Assembly: GCA_008632985.1 (NCBI GenBank)
Contig: QPGO01000116.1
Coordinates: forward strand, 124,001 to 188,000
Direction: 5' to 3'
DNA from: Psammoneis japonica
Lineage: Eukaryota
DNA: 64,000 nt
Below the pieces are notes generated by a model. It was not told where the DNA came from, did no database searches, and was given only the letters and a program-made list of their open reading frames with translations. A program made the translations under genes and the position numbers. Positions 47,101-57,438 of this stretch are shown piece after piece; positions within the stretch are counted from its first letter, which is position 1; every line of letters begins with the position of its first letter.

Positions 47101-49231
47101 CCTGCGCGAATCAAGCAAGTCAACAAATTTGTGAGGAGTTTCATTTGACGTTGTCGACGATTGTGGAGCACAATCACAATGTCTCACCTGCTGAAAAGGA
47201 GCTGCTACGTTGGCACTTTCGTCTCAGGCATCTGAGCTTTCGAAAGGTGCAATTTTTGATGCGTGCGGGAGTTCTGTCCCACTCCGAGGGCACCCATCAT
47301 TTGCATGAACGCACTTGTCGCATCGATCGTCCGCCCCTTTGTGCCGCATGCCAACATGGAAAACAAAAACACCGTCCCAGCCCCGGAAAGACTTCTCGTG
47401 TCGTCAAGGATCGAGCTGGAGCCTTGAAGAAGGACCAACTGTTCCCCAGTCAATGAGTTTTGGTTGATCACTTTGTTTGTTCCACTCGTGGTCGTCTGAA
47501 ACACACTTTTGGAAAGGAGAGCATAAAACATCAGCATTTGGGCAGAGCAATCTTTGTGGATCATGCATCCGGTTGTGTCAACGTTCAACATCAAACTCAC
47601 CTTAATGCCCATGAAACTTTGACGGCCAAGAACGCGTTTGAGGCCCATTGTCGTGATTGTGGCGTTGTTCCCCAAGAATGTCTGAGCGACAACGGAAAGG
47701 CGTTCACGTCGGCCAATTTCAGGGTTCACTTGGAATCTTTTGCTCAAGTTTCAAAGTGTGCCGGTGTGGGAGCTCACCATCACAATGGGGTTTGTGAACG
47801 AGCAACACACACTGCGATGTCGATCGCGAGAAGTGTGATGTTGCATGCGGCGATCCATTGGCCTGATGTTGCGGATGCCACTCTTTGGCCTTTGGCTGCA
47901 GACCACACTGTTGTGCTTCACAATGTGATGCCAGACCCATCTGCGGGTCTAAGTCCACAGGACATGTTCACCCAGATGCGCAACCCTCACTCTCGGTTCC
48001 AGGATTGTCGTGTTTGGGGGTGCCCTGTTCATGTTCTTGACAAAGCCCTCGCCGATGGAAAGAAACTGCCAAAGTGGAAACCCCGCGCGAGTTGGCATGT
48101 CTGTGTGGGACTCAGCCCCGAGCATGCCTCGTCAGTCCCGCCAGTCTTGAGTCTTGAAACGGGAGCCATCACTCCACAATTCCATGTCGTTTTTGATGAT
48201 TGGTTTGCGACGGTTCCTGCCAATGCCAGCTCGTTGCCTCCCATTGGGTCTCTGGAATGGACGTCTCTTTTCGGAGACAGTGCATGTCAACATGCTGTGG
48301 ATGATGAAGAGCAGGCTGATGTCGACATCCATCAAGAACACCCAGAATGTGAGCGCCGATCCGAGGAAATCCGCGAAACCGTCACCTGCCGTTCGCCTCC
48401 CAAACCCTCACAGGTCCCTCCTCTGGCTGCTCAGGCACCAGTGTCTTCTCCCAAGGCCCCCTCGAGTCCTGTTGTGGAAACCCCGGTCCCTGAGGTGGAG
48501 TCCATGCCTCCACCAGAGTCTCCTGCTGAACCTGTGGCTTCAGACTCGCCTCAGAGGGAGAGAGCACCCGCTGCCAACTCAAATGCCCCACCAAGTCCTC
48601 AGAGGGAGCCTCCCACCCCTCGCAGTCTTTCTTCGGATCTCGGTCAAGAGAGGGAGTCACCACCTGTGGCTCCACCCAGCACACAACGCCCCTCTCCAAC
48701 CCCAGTTCGTCGCTCAACCCGGACTCGCGCTGCGCCCCAGCGGTTTGGATGTGATGGATCTCAGGGACACGGATGCTTGTCTCACTTCGTTGATTTCCAT
48801 CATGCACACAAGTTTGACCACGGTTGCAACATGTCCATGACTGCTCCCACCGTGTGCAAGGCGTCGGTGCGTGAAATCAAGGATCCGGGTGCGCCATCGT
48901 GGGACGAGGCCATGCGCTCTTCCGATCGCGACAAGTGGTTGAAAGCAGCTGAGATCGAGATTGCAGCACTTGTCCATCAAGGAATGTGGGTCGAGGTGCC
49001 TGCATCCGATGCTCGAACCAAGATCCTTCCCGGCACTTGGGCATTTCGTCGCAAGCGATCACCTTCAGGCGAGATCAAGAAGTGCAAGGCTCGCTGCTGT
49101 TGTCGCGGCGATCTGCAGGAAGGAAGTCTGTTTGATGCTTGTGCACCGGTTGCAGCCTGGAGTGCAGCTCAAGCATTTTTGGCATTGAGTCTCATTCTTT
49201 GGATGGCATGCGGCATCCGCCGATTTCCAGT

Positions 49232-49834
49232 CCGCATTTGTTCAAGCAGTGCTTCCTGTGGAAGAACCAGTTTGGATTCATCTTCCATGAGGTTTCAGCT
49301 CAATGAAAGGACCCAAGACTTGTCTCAAGCTCGTCAAGAGTCTCCTGGACTCTCTTCGGCTCCAAAGTTGTGGTGTGAACATTGTCTGCAAGCCTTCTTG
49401 GACTTGGGTTTCATCCAAAGCGAGTACGACCAATGTCTCCTGCTTCGCCATGATTGCATGGTCTGCCTGAATGTCGATGATTGCGGGATCAGTGCAGCGC
49501 AGGAGCCCACCATTGATCAGCTGATGTTTCAGCCGCATTCGTTCAAGCAGTGCTTCCTGCGGAAGAACCAGTTTGGATTCATCTTCCATGAGGTTTCAGC
49601 TCAATGAAAGGACCCAAGACTTGTCTCAAGCTCATCAAGAGTCTCTGTGGACTCTCTTCAGCTCCAAAGTTGTGGTGCGAACATTGTCCACAAGCCTTCT
49701 TGGACTTGGGTTTCATCCAAAGCGAGCACGACCAGTGTCTCCTGCTCCGACATGATTGCATGGTCTGCCTGCATGTCGACGATTGTGGGATCAGTGCAGC
49801 GCAGGAGTCTACCATCGATCAGTTGATGTCTCAG
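49232..49834 (+). repeat. About 301-bp tandem duplication within RT
   Basis: ccgcatt(t/c)gttcaagcagtgcttcctg.. begins at 49232 and again at 49533; both copies encode SSAPKLWCEH..VDD. Confidence 0.92.
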
Positions 49835-50905
49835 CTGCACGAGAAAGGATTTGAATTGACGAAGGAGGGCAGTTTTGCCAAGTTCTTGGGCATCAAGTTC
49901 GAAAGGAGAGACGACGGCACCATCAAGTTGACGCAGAAAGGGTTGACTGACAAGATCCTGTCAGCTGCCGGCTTGATTGATGGCAAACCAAACTCACTCC
50001 CTGCGGCGTCCCAAGCCCTCGGCACCGATGCGGATGGAGATCCCATGCAGGAGGACTGGAGCTGTCCCTCCGTTGTTGGAATGCTCCTGTGCTTGTCCAC
50101 CAATGCCCGTCCTGACATTTCCCTTGCCGTCAGTCAGGTTGCACGCTTCAACTCCAACCCGAAACAGCCGCGTGCAACGCCGTCAAGACTCTGGTCCGCT
50201 GCTTGAAAAGGACGCATGATCAGGGGATGCTGCCATCTCCAACCGGTCGTTTGGATCTTGATTTGTGGGTTGATGCCAATTTGCTGGTCTCTGTCGCTGC
50301 GAAGCAGATTCTGATCCGAGTTCTGTGAGGTCACGCACCGGATGCATCACAACTCTCAGTGGATGTCCTTTGGTGTGGAAATCGCAGCTCCAGTCAGCCA
50401 TTTCCTGCTCCACCCTCGAAGCCGAGTGTCAAGCCGCCTCCTGTGCTCTTCGGACTCTCCTGCCTTTGAAGAACCTGCTCCTTGAGATCGTCTTTACCTT
50501 GGACATCTCCCAAGATCTCAGGACTTCGGTTCGTCCGCGTGTGTTCGAAGACAATCAAGGCGCTCACTGCCTGGCTGCCAACCACCGCATCACCAATCAT
50601 GCCAAGTGTTTTCTCGTCAAGTGGCATTGGCTCTGGTTGCATTGTGATGAGTTCAACACGATTGAGGTGGAATCGGCCGAGCAACTCGCCGATTGTCTTG
50701 CCAAGCCTTTGACTCGAGAGCTCTTTGAGAACAACCAGTTGAAGGTCCAAGGGTGGCGGCACTTTGGAAGCATCGCTTCCTTTGTTTGTCATGTGTTGTG
50801 GCTTGGTCAAGATGTGGGAGCTTTGCTCTGAACTTGTGCCAATTGTGTGAGCTTTCTCGTTTGCGATTTTCTTGTTGGTTGCTGGAATCTGTGAATGAGA
50901 GGGAG

Positions 50906-51377
50906 AGTCGTGGTTCATCTGTCCACCGACCCAGATTCTCTGTTGTGTCTGTGCTTCCGTCAGTCGGAATTCTCATTGAAGTTCTTTTTGCACCACGTCG
51001 ACTTGATTCTCAAGCCAAATGCTTTGGGAATCACAGGCGGTGCTTTGGAGATCACAGGCTTTGCACAGATGTTGGACCAACCACAGATTGGTTCAGCAGC
51101 ATTTGGATGATTGTTGTGAATGTGGTCAACCCTGAAGTTTGTGCCAGTCTCTGGTGCAAACCTGCGGATCAACCTCTGTTTGGGTGCATTCAGCAGATTC
51201 AGTCTAGGCAGCTTGTGGTTTGGTCACTGGCACTTTTGTGAAAGACCAAATGCTCGTTGCCACTCGTCAGTAGATTCCATCTACTTGCATTCTGCCTGAG
51301 GCATCGATCTGGAGTGGACATCCAGTCGATGCGTCAGGAAGGCACTCGGAGCTTGCGCGGACACGCGAGCTTCGACT
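50906..51377 (+). repeat. 3' LTR
   Basis: Preceded by the PPT and followed by TSD TTCCG. Confidence 0.95.
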
Positions 51378-51454
51378 TTCCGCAGAGAAATCAAGTCACA
51401 TCATCCCACTGCACAACTTCATGTTGTAACATGAACTGACAATGACATTGTTGT

Positions 51455-52555
51455 TCATTGTTGGATGTTGACATTCCAAATGAGTCCGAGCTTTTCCAAA
51501 GGCACCAAGAAAAACCAACATGCAGTGTTGCACTCACTGCGTTTGGCCAACCTTGCATGATTGTGATGGTCCAGGTGTTCACCCTCGGTGATGAAATGGG
51601 AAAAAGGGGTGCACAAAAGATCAAAGACAAGAAAAGGCAGACAGCAACCAGATGCACTGGCCTTGAAGTTTGACGCCATGCATTTGTTCTCGGTGTGAAT
51701 TGGTTTCTCGTCGAGGGGTGGCGGATGGTTGTGGCAACGTTAAACCAGAGAGTCATGGTCTGGCAGAGCCAAGAAGAAGCAAAGGCCACAAACAGCGTAG
51801 TGTGCCAAAATGAACTCCATGCTTGGCACTGTCCATGCCCATGCATCCAGAATTCTGATTGCCGGCGTGTCAATTTTTCGCGGTGCAAACTCTTCGTCGA
51901 CATCCTCATGAACATCAAGATCAAAGAAAGAGAAAGCCAACTCAACCCCGTAGAGCAGCGGTGCATGTGGATCGCCGGGGACGTCGCAAAACTTGTGATG
52001 ACGCCGATGCTGTGATGACCACCACAGGGGGCCGCCCTGATTCGAAATTGCCCCCAGTGACAGCATGCATGTGGACGTGATCGGTCCACACTGAAAGGCG
52101 CCGTGAGCAGCGTAGCGGTACAGACACACTGACATGAAAATGTTAATCTTTGTGAGTGCAAGAGCAAGTGATAGTGCTGCAAGCTTGGTTGGAGCATCAA
52201 ATGTCCACAGTAGAATCAACGAGCTGAAGTAGATGGGAACGATGGCAATACAGTATTGCGTTTTCATCCCTTGGAGAGCCGAAAGAAGAATCGACAACAG
52301 ACATACGGTACAAAACGTCTTGATCTCGTAAGTTTCCAGTTCCTTTACCAAGACAAAGATGGCACCAACAAGCGTGGCTACAACCCCCACCGAGAAAAAG
52401 ATGTTGGTTCCACCACGATTGTACCACTTTCTAGCGACAGCATCATCGTTGGTGGACTGTCTCATGACATTGTTTGCGGTAGTATTCATTATTGATGTTG
52501 ATGCCCTTGCGAGTGTAGGCGTTCTGTGTTGTGCGTGGAGGGTGGGCGTGAGCAT
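51455..52555 (-). pseudogene. Membrane fatty-acid (delta-9-like) desaturase, probably disrupted
   Basis: QGGPLWWSSQHRRHHKFCD..DPH (His box 2) and GEHLDHH (box 3). His box 1 reads CLYRYAAH instead of HRYxxH, there are two frameshifts, and the 3' part shows apparent Y to C changes. Confidence 0.75.
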
Positions 52556-52663
52556 GGAGAATTAAGAAAGGAGTTGCCACGATTGTAAGCACGATATTCC
52601 GTGGCACTGGGTCACAAGATTATAGGCGTTGGCGTGAGGCTTATGTGAGGTTTAACCGTCCTG

Positions 52664-53974
52664 ATGTTCAGTGTCGCAGTCGCAGTTACTTATTTAGTGC
52701 AGGCGGGATTAAAATTTGTCGAGAATAGACTTCGAGCGGGATTATTGCGATGGAGCGCTCGTCCACGCTCACAAACATCCTCGTTGTGGGCGAACACGGC
52801 GTGGAGGAGAAAGCCAGTACATGTCAAAGGTGTGTTTGGTGATAAACAAGCAAGGCGCAGCATGACGATATCACAGGCAGCAGAATTAAGCGACAAATCT
52901 CTTATGGATTTCTTCCCATCCTTTGATACGTTGGGAGACGTGAACTATTTTCAAGAACACGAACTCTCTGTCGAGGATTGGCTCCGATATTGCCTCTACG
53001 AGCTACCAGAAAAGAGGAAGTGCCTACTTGAGAACAATGGCGATAGACAGGATGGCATGCCTTCTTTCTTCTCACCTTCTGACGTCGGTCGGGAGCTTTC
53101 TCCAGGCTATGTCCTGCATCCTGTGACTCAAGAGAACCTTGCAGATGCACAAGATCTTCTCTTGGAGATTTTTCCTGACGATGTTGCGCATTTTGAAATT
53201 GTTTTTTCGGTTCTTAACAAGCCCTTTATCGAGTACGAGTTTGACAGCGACATTGAAAACTCTCCCACCGTTGCCAAATCTTTCTTTTGGCTGGTCGTCG
53301 AGAAGGCGACTGGATCGCCTGCTGCCATTTGTTCCTTAATGTACCGTGATGAGGACTATGAAGACTCGCTCTGGGGGAGTTGGTATGGCGTTGGTCCTAC
53401 CTTTCGTCGTAAGGGGTTGGGTTCTTTGGTTCTCCTCTTCTTGTTAGAGAAAAGTGTCTTGTTTCGCAAAAGAACCGCCAAGTTCTTTACTGAGGAGTTG
53501 GATTTTGAAGAGCAAGCCAACAGTTTGTACGACTACGTCGGGGCGAAAGTGTACAAACGCCAGTACTTCCCGAAAGGCAAGTGCCACCGTATCTGGAGGC
53601 AGGCTCAAGTCGGTGATTCGTTGAAGATTTTGTTCGTTGGGCTTCTGCTTATCAACATTTTGCGATTTCTACATCGTTGTCGATGCTTGTTGTGGGAATT
53701 GTCTAAACTTGCTTCACTGCAACAAGACAGCAAGCAACCCGTCACGAGCACGCTTGCGAAGACGACGAAAGCTGATAGGCTACTGGGCTGGCTAATCGTG
53801 CTCCTTCCCTTATCCTTCGTGAAGGAAAACGTGAGTCGCTTTGCAGCCCGACTTCCCGGCATCGTGCAGCAGACGGTCGTATCCATGATCAACCCATTCG
53901 AATCCTCGCAGTCAGAAGTTGTGGAAGTCGCTCCAATGAAAAGCCGCGCCAACCGTTTGGAAAAAGATGACTGA
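52664..53974 (+). CDS. GNAT-family acetyltransferase, paralog 2
   Basis: Core nearly identical to 38193-39482. Confidence 0.75.
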   Translation: MFSVAVAVTYLVQAGLKFVENRLRAGLLRWSARPRSQTSSLWANTAWRRKPVHVKGVFGDKQARRSMTISQAAELSDKSLMDFFPSFDTLGDVNYFQEHELSVEDWLRYCLYELPEKRKCLLENNGDRQDGMPSFFSPSDVGRELSPGYVLHPVTQENLADAQDLLLEIFPDDVAHFEIVFSVLNKPFIEYEFDSDIENSPTVAKSFFWLVVEKATGSPAAICSLMYRDEDYEDSLWGSWYGVGPTFRRKGLGSLVLLFLLEKSVLFRKRTAKFFTEELDFEEQANSLYDYVGAKVYKRQYFPKGKCHRIWRQAQVGDSLKILFVGLLLINILRFLHRCRCLLWELSKLASLQQDSKQPVTSTLAKTTKADRLLGWLIVLLPLSFVKENVSRFAARLPGIVQQTVVSMINPFESSQSEVVEVAPMKSRANRLEKDD

Positions 53975-54360
53975 CCAGGAGTACGGTTCTTATGTCTTCC
54001 TCCTGTGCTTGCGGCGAGCCATCCGCTTCGAAATAGATGGCTGATTTTTTGGTGTGTCAGAACATTTCTGATATCACTGTGCCCTCAGACCTGGTCTTGT
54101 TCGTGTATTATCATAATCATATGTGCGGCTTTATCTTTGGGATCCGCATCGCGCCTAAATACGAAGTTAGTAGCTCGTATTTTATAAAAAGAAATTTTCT
54201 TGTGTCATGGAGTTGTACGACTAGCTAGAGCATACTCGTTCAACGCTGTTGTGCGGTGAATGAGTATGTTCATCCTCCGCAAAGCTTGCGGGCGTCTTGC
54301 AGCGTTATACCGGTACGTGTTTGCCCTACCGGTAGGACGATTACTGAACTCCGACTTTTG

Positions 54361-56874
54361 CTATGAATCTGTCTCTTTTGCGAGGACCCTTATCGTTGTC
54401 TCCTTGAGCAACGAGAGTACTGAAAGAGCAGAAGAATTCAATGGAAGAAGCAAACCATCCATGGCGAACGCGTAGTTCAGCTGCGTCTTTCCCACTGTGT
54501 CTGGAATGCATTGTGGAGTAGTCTCTTCGACACCGGGTGGGAGATGAGCATACCTCTGAGAAAAATGCGTCAACAAACAGGCGTCCACCATTGTCTGTCT
54601 TGCAATGTTGAGTGCTTCCAGGACTGTCGAATGACGCTTCTGCTTAGCTTCCTTGATGCCACGTTCGTCATCCGAGAATGTCGCTTCGTGAATCAAAAGG
54701 GAGCAGAGAAGCTCGTTTGGATACCTAGATCGTACCTCTCGGTAAGCCCGGACGAGTTCAGGTGATGGCCGCGTGTCTCCGGAATAACACAGCACGAGAT
54801 GATTCTGCGGCTGATTGATTCCCAGGAGAAGAGCATAGGCTTGAGGACAATGCTCAACTGGAACATTTTGGATTGTTGAAAATGGAAAATACTCTTCGAG
54901 ATCCTCCGAGCAGCCTTTGTTTGTGCTATTCCGCCACCAAAGCAGCTTGTACTGATGCAGCAAGTCCCGTGCGAACCCTGCAAAGGGAGACGACCCAAAC
55001 TCTTTGTGGTTAACTCCCACATAAAGTCGATAGTGACTCTTGTACTTATTATTTGGCTTCTTCACTTCGTCAGTCTCCCCGCTTGTCGCCCGAGGAGGGT
55101 ATCTTCCATTTTTACAAGCGAGTGAAGCATCTAAATATTGAAGCACCTTGGAAGGAGCAACAACAACGACAGGAGCACGAAGGCAACGGCATCTTGGTGC
55201 TCGTCCGTTTTCAAGCTTTCGTCGCTTGTGCATCTCGCCGCCTTTTGTGTCTGATATCCCTGTCACACACTCACACGAGCAACATTCAGCACGAGCCTTT
55301 TGGATTTCCCGAATGAGACACGGGAGACCACCGTAGTGATCCAGATGCGCGTGTGATATCCATATCAGCCTAATCTGCAAAAGGCGATTTCTGAAAATGG
55401 TGTCTGTCGCCTCGCATTTGCTGTTTGTAGAGAACGTGGGACAGTGCCGTGAAAAGGAAGTCAAGAACCCTTCGCCGCACTCAATCACGGCGGACAAGAC
55501 CAAGTCAGATTGATGTTCTGTCTCGCCATCTTTCCTCGTCAGAGTTGGTAGAAACAGAGCGTGTCCCGAAGAACCCCGCATCGGCGATGGCGATGCACAA
55601 CCTGTACCCAAGACAAGCAATTGCGGCGACATTGTTCTAGAATATGACACATCATTGTCGGTGGCCATACTCGAGGCATCATCACTGTCGTCGAGATCGA
55701 TTTCATTTCCATCTTGGCACTCGTCCTCGTCGACATTGATTTGGTGAGCCTCGCCACTGCCTTTGTATCCAGCAAAGGGATCCACAGGCAAACCAAAGCT
55801 GCTTTGTGGCTCCGGTGTTTGACACTTTTCCCAGATGGCGTTCATGCGCATGACCAATCGAAATGCTTCTTCACTGGCGTCGCAAGAGACGTTACCGAGA
55901 ATCCAAGACGTGCATGATTTCAGCCGGACATATGTAGTATCATTATAATATGAGTGTTGTTGAGATGAACAGCACAATGAACGGCTGTCGACATTTGTAG
56001 AGTCTGTCACTGGAACGCAATTGGGCATGGCATTGTGAAGTCTCCTGGCCTGAGCTGCAGCACGAATCAATATACCTTTGTCCCACGACGTGTTGTTCTG
56101 TGGCAATGTATAGAAGACGCGTCTTGACAGCTTGATATCAATCGGGAGGGGAGAGTCGAGGCAAACAACGAATTCCACATTGTCTTTGACATCCGACGGC
56201 AACGGTCGCAGCACACCGCCACATGAATTGCATCCCGGCGGCAAGATACAAAGCGAATATTTCCCCCCAAGTCCTCTACCATTTCCAGTAAGAACGGTGT
56301 AAATCAGAACTATGGGAGCCTCGTTGATCTCGTACGCGTCTGTATCTGTGGCTACCAGGTTGGCAGCATGAACCACGACGAATTCATCCGTATAAATCTT
56401 CCACCACTGTTCCTTTTCAGTACGTGCTGGCACTTCACACGTGTTGATCTGTGGATATATCTTTTGTTTCATAATAATACCCGCTACCGTTTCCGCATAA
56501 GACGCAATACCAGCCCCACCGCAAACCGCCAGAGCTGCGGAACCGGCTTGGCTCAGACTGAGCATGAGCGACGCGAGCCCCGAGGTACAAGCACGGGTCG
56601 GACAAGTGACAAGACGAGTCTGACGGAGCGCAAATTTTTGGTCAGCAGCCAGCCGCGCCGTCATGTTGGAAAGGCCAGAAATGCCATAGCGGGCCAAGAC
56701 GTCTCCTTGTTGGTACTCTCCGATATTATTTGACTTCTTTGCTACAGTTAGAAAGATGGTTCCGTGTCCCGTGTATTCTGATCCGTCTGTTAGCACGTCC
56801 AATGAATATTCTAACGCCCTATTTGACCTAAGTTTAACCCTATCGTTTCCAAGGGTTGGGAATGTTGTATTCAT
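54361..56874 (-). CDS. RNase Z, long form (ELAC2/Trz1-like metallo-beta-lactamase)
   Basis: LGTG..PSPMR, ECGEG, SHAHLDH, VEHC, YSGDTRP, IHEATF, HST, LTHFSQRY. Confidence 0.92.
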   Translation of the reverse strand: MNTTFPTLGNDRVKLRSNRALEYSLDVLTDGSEYTGHGTIFLTVAKKSNNIGEYQQGDVLARYGISGLSNMTARLAADQKFALRQTRLVTCPTRACTSGLASLMLSLSQAGSAALAVCGGAGIASYAETVAGIIMKQKIYPQINTCEVPARTEKEQWWKIYTDEFVVVHAANLVATDTDAYEINEAPIVLIYTVLTGNGRGLGGKYSLCILPPGCNSCGGVLRPLPSDVKDNVEFVVCLDSPLPIDIKLSRRVFYTLPQNNTSWDKGILIRAAAQARRLHNAMPNCVPVTDSTNVDSRSLCCSSQQHSYYNDTTYVRLKSCTSWILGNVSCDASEEAFRLVMRMNAIWEKCQTPEPQSSFGLPVDPFAGYKGSGEAHQINVDEDECQDGNEIDLDDSDDASSMATDNDVSYSRTMSPQLLVLGTGCASPSPMRGSSGHALFLPTLTRKDGETEHQSDLVLSAVIECGEGFLTSFSRHCPTFSTNSKCEATDTIFRNRLLQIRLIWISHAHLDHYGGLPCLIREIQKARAECCSCECVTGISDTKGGEMHKRRKLENGRAPRCRCLRAPVVVVAPSKVLQYLDASLACKNGRYPPRATSGETDEVKKPNNKYKSHYRLYVGVNHKEFGSSPFAGFARDLLHQYKLLWWRNSTNKGCSEDLEEYFPFSTIQNVPVEHCPQAYALLLGINQPQNHLVLCYSGDTRPSPELVRAYREVRSRYPNELLCSLLIHEATFSDDERGIKEAKQKRHSTVLEALNIARQTMVDACLLTHFSQRYAHLPPGVEETTPQCIPDTVGKTQLNYAFAMDGLLLPLNSSALSVLSLLKETTIRVLAKETDS

Positions 56875-57438
56875 CTGTTCATCTCTTGCTCATCTTCTCA
56901 ACGGAACCATCGTCGATCTCGTCGTCGTGTGCTTCTTCATCATCGTCGCTCGTTTTTGGAGACTAATGAATTTTGAGGCAGCGGAGCGGGCGGCGGACGG
57001 ACTCCAATTTTTGTACACGTCATTATTTTATTTATAGATCCGAATATTACATAGTGTCACGGAAAAGCTGTTCCGTCATGATGATGTCACTGCAGTTTTG
57101 GCGGGAAAAGTGAAAATCTTCAACTTGAGGTGCGAGGCACGCGATCCGAAGCGACCTTCTACTTATGCACTTTGACAACTCGTTATGTCTTGATGACGTG
57201 TTCATACGTTGATTTATTACCATCCAAATCGTATGTACAAACCAACGCATATCCCTCGTACTGAAACAAAATACCGGTATTTTTACTTCGCAGCCAAACA
57301 TGGAGAAAATGAATCATTACCCGCTCCTGCTCACTCCCGCGTTTCCTCGTTCGTTCGTTTGTGGTTGACAACCTTTTTCTTCACAACTTGGATCAACGAT
57401 CTGGATCGACCTCTCTTTTAACTTTGCGTCGATCCAAT

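Larger units (their letters stand above)
43624..50760 (+). pseudogene. Copia gag-pol pseudogene
   Basis: Zinc knuckle CNNCGKLGHWARDC; protease VIWDSGAS; GAG-pre-integrase RWHFRLRH..CAAC; integrase SDNG..F, HNGVCER; RT KARCCCRGD, KSLCGL, LHVDD; RNase H EAEC, FEDNQGA, QLADC. Frameshifts, stops and an inserted TRIM. Confidence 0.93.
42817..51377 (+). mobile_element. Full-length Ty1/Copia LTR retrotransposon (CoDi-like), inactivated
   Basis: 472-bp LTRs 42817-43288 and 50906-51377; 5-bp TSD TTCCG (42812-42816, 51378-51382); PPT gagagggag before the 3' LTR; domain order gag-PR-IN-RT-RH. Confidence 0.96.

Noticed and set aside
42817..51377. Classical RIP or simple CpG deamination as the whole explanation of the composition
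   Set aside because: RIP raises TpA and CpG deamination leaves it unchanged; here TpA is absent while much CpG remains.
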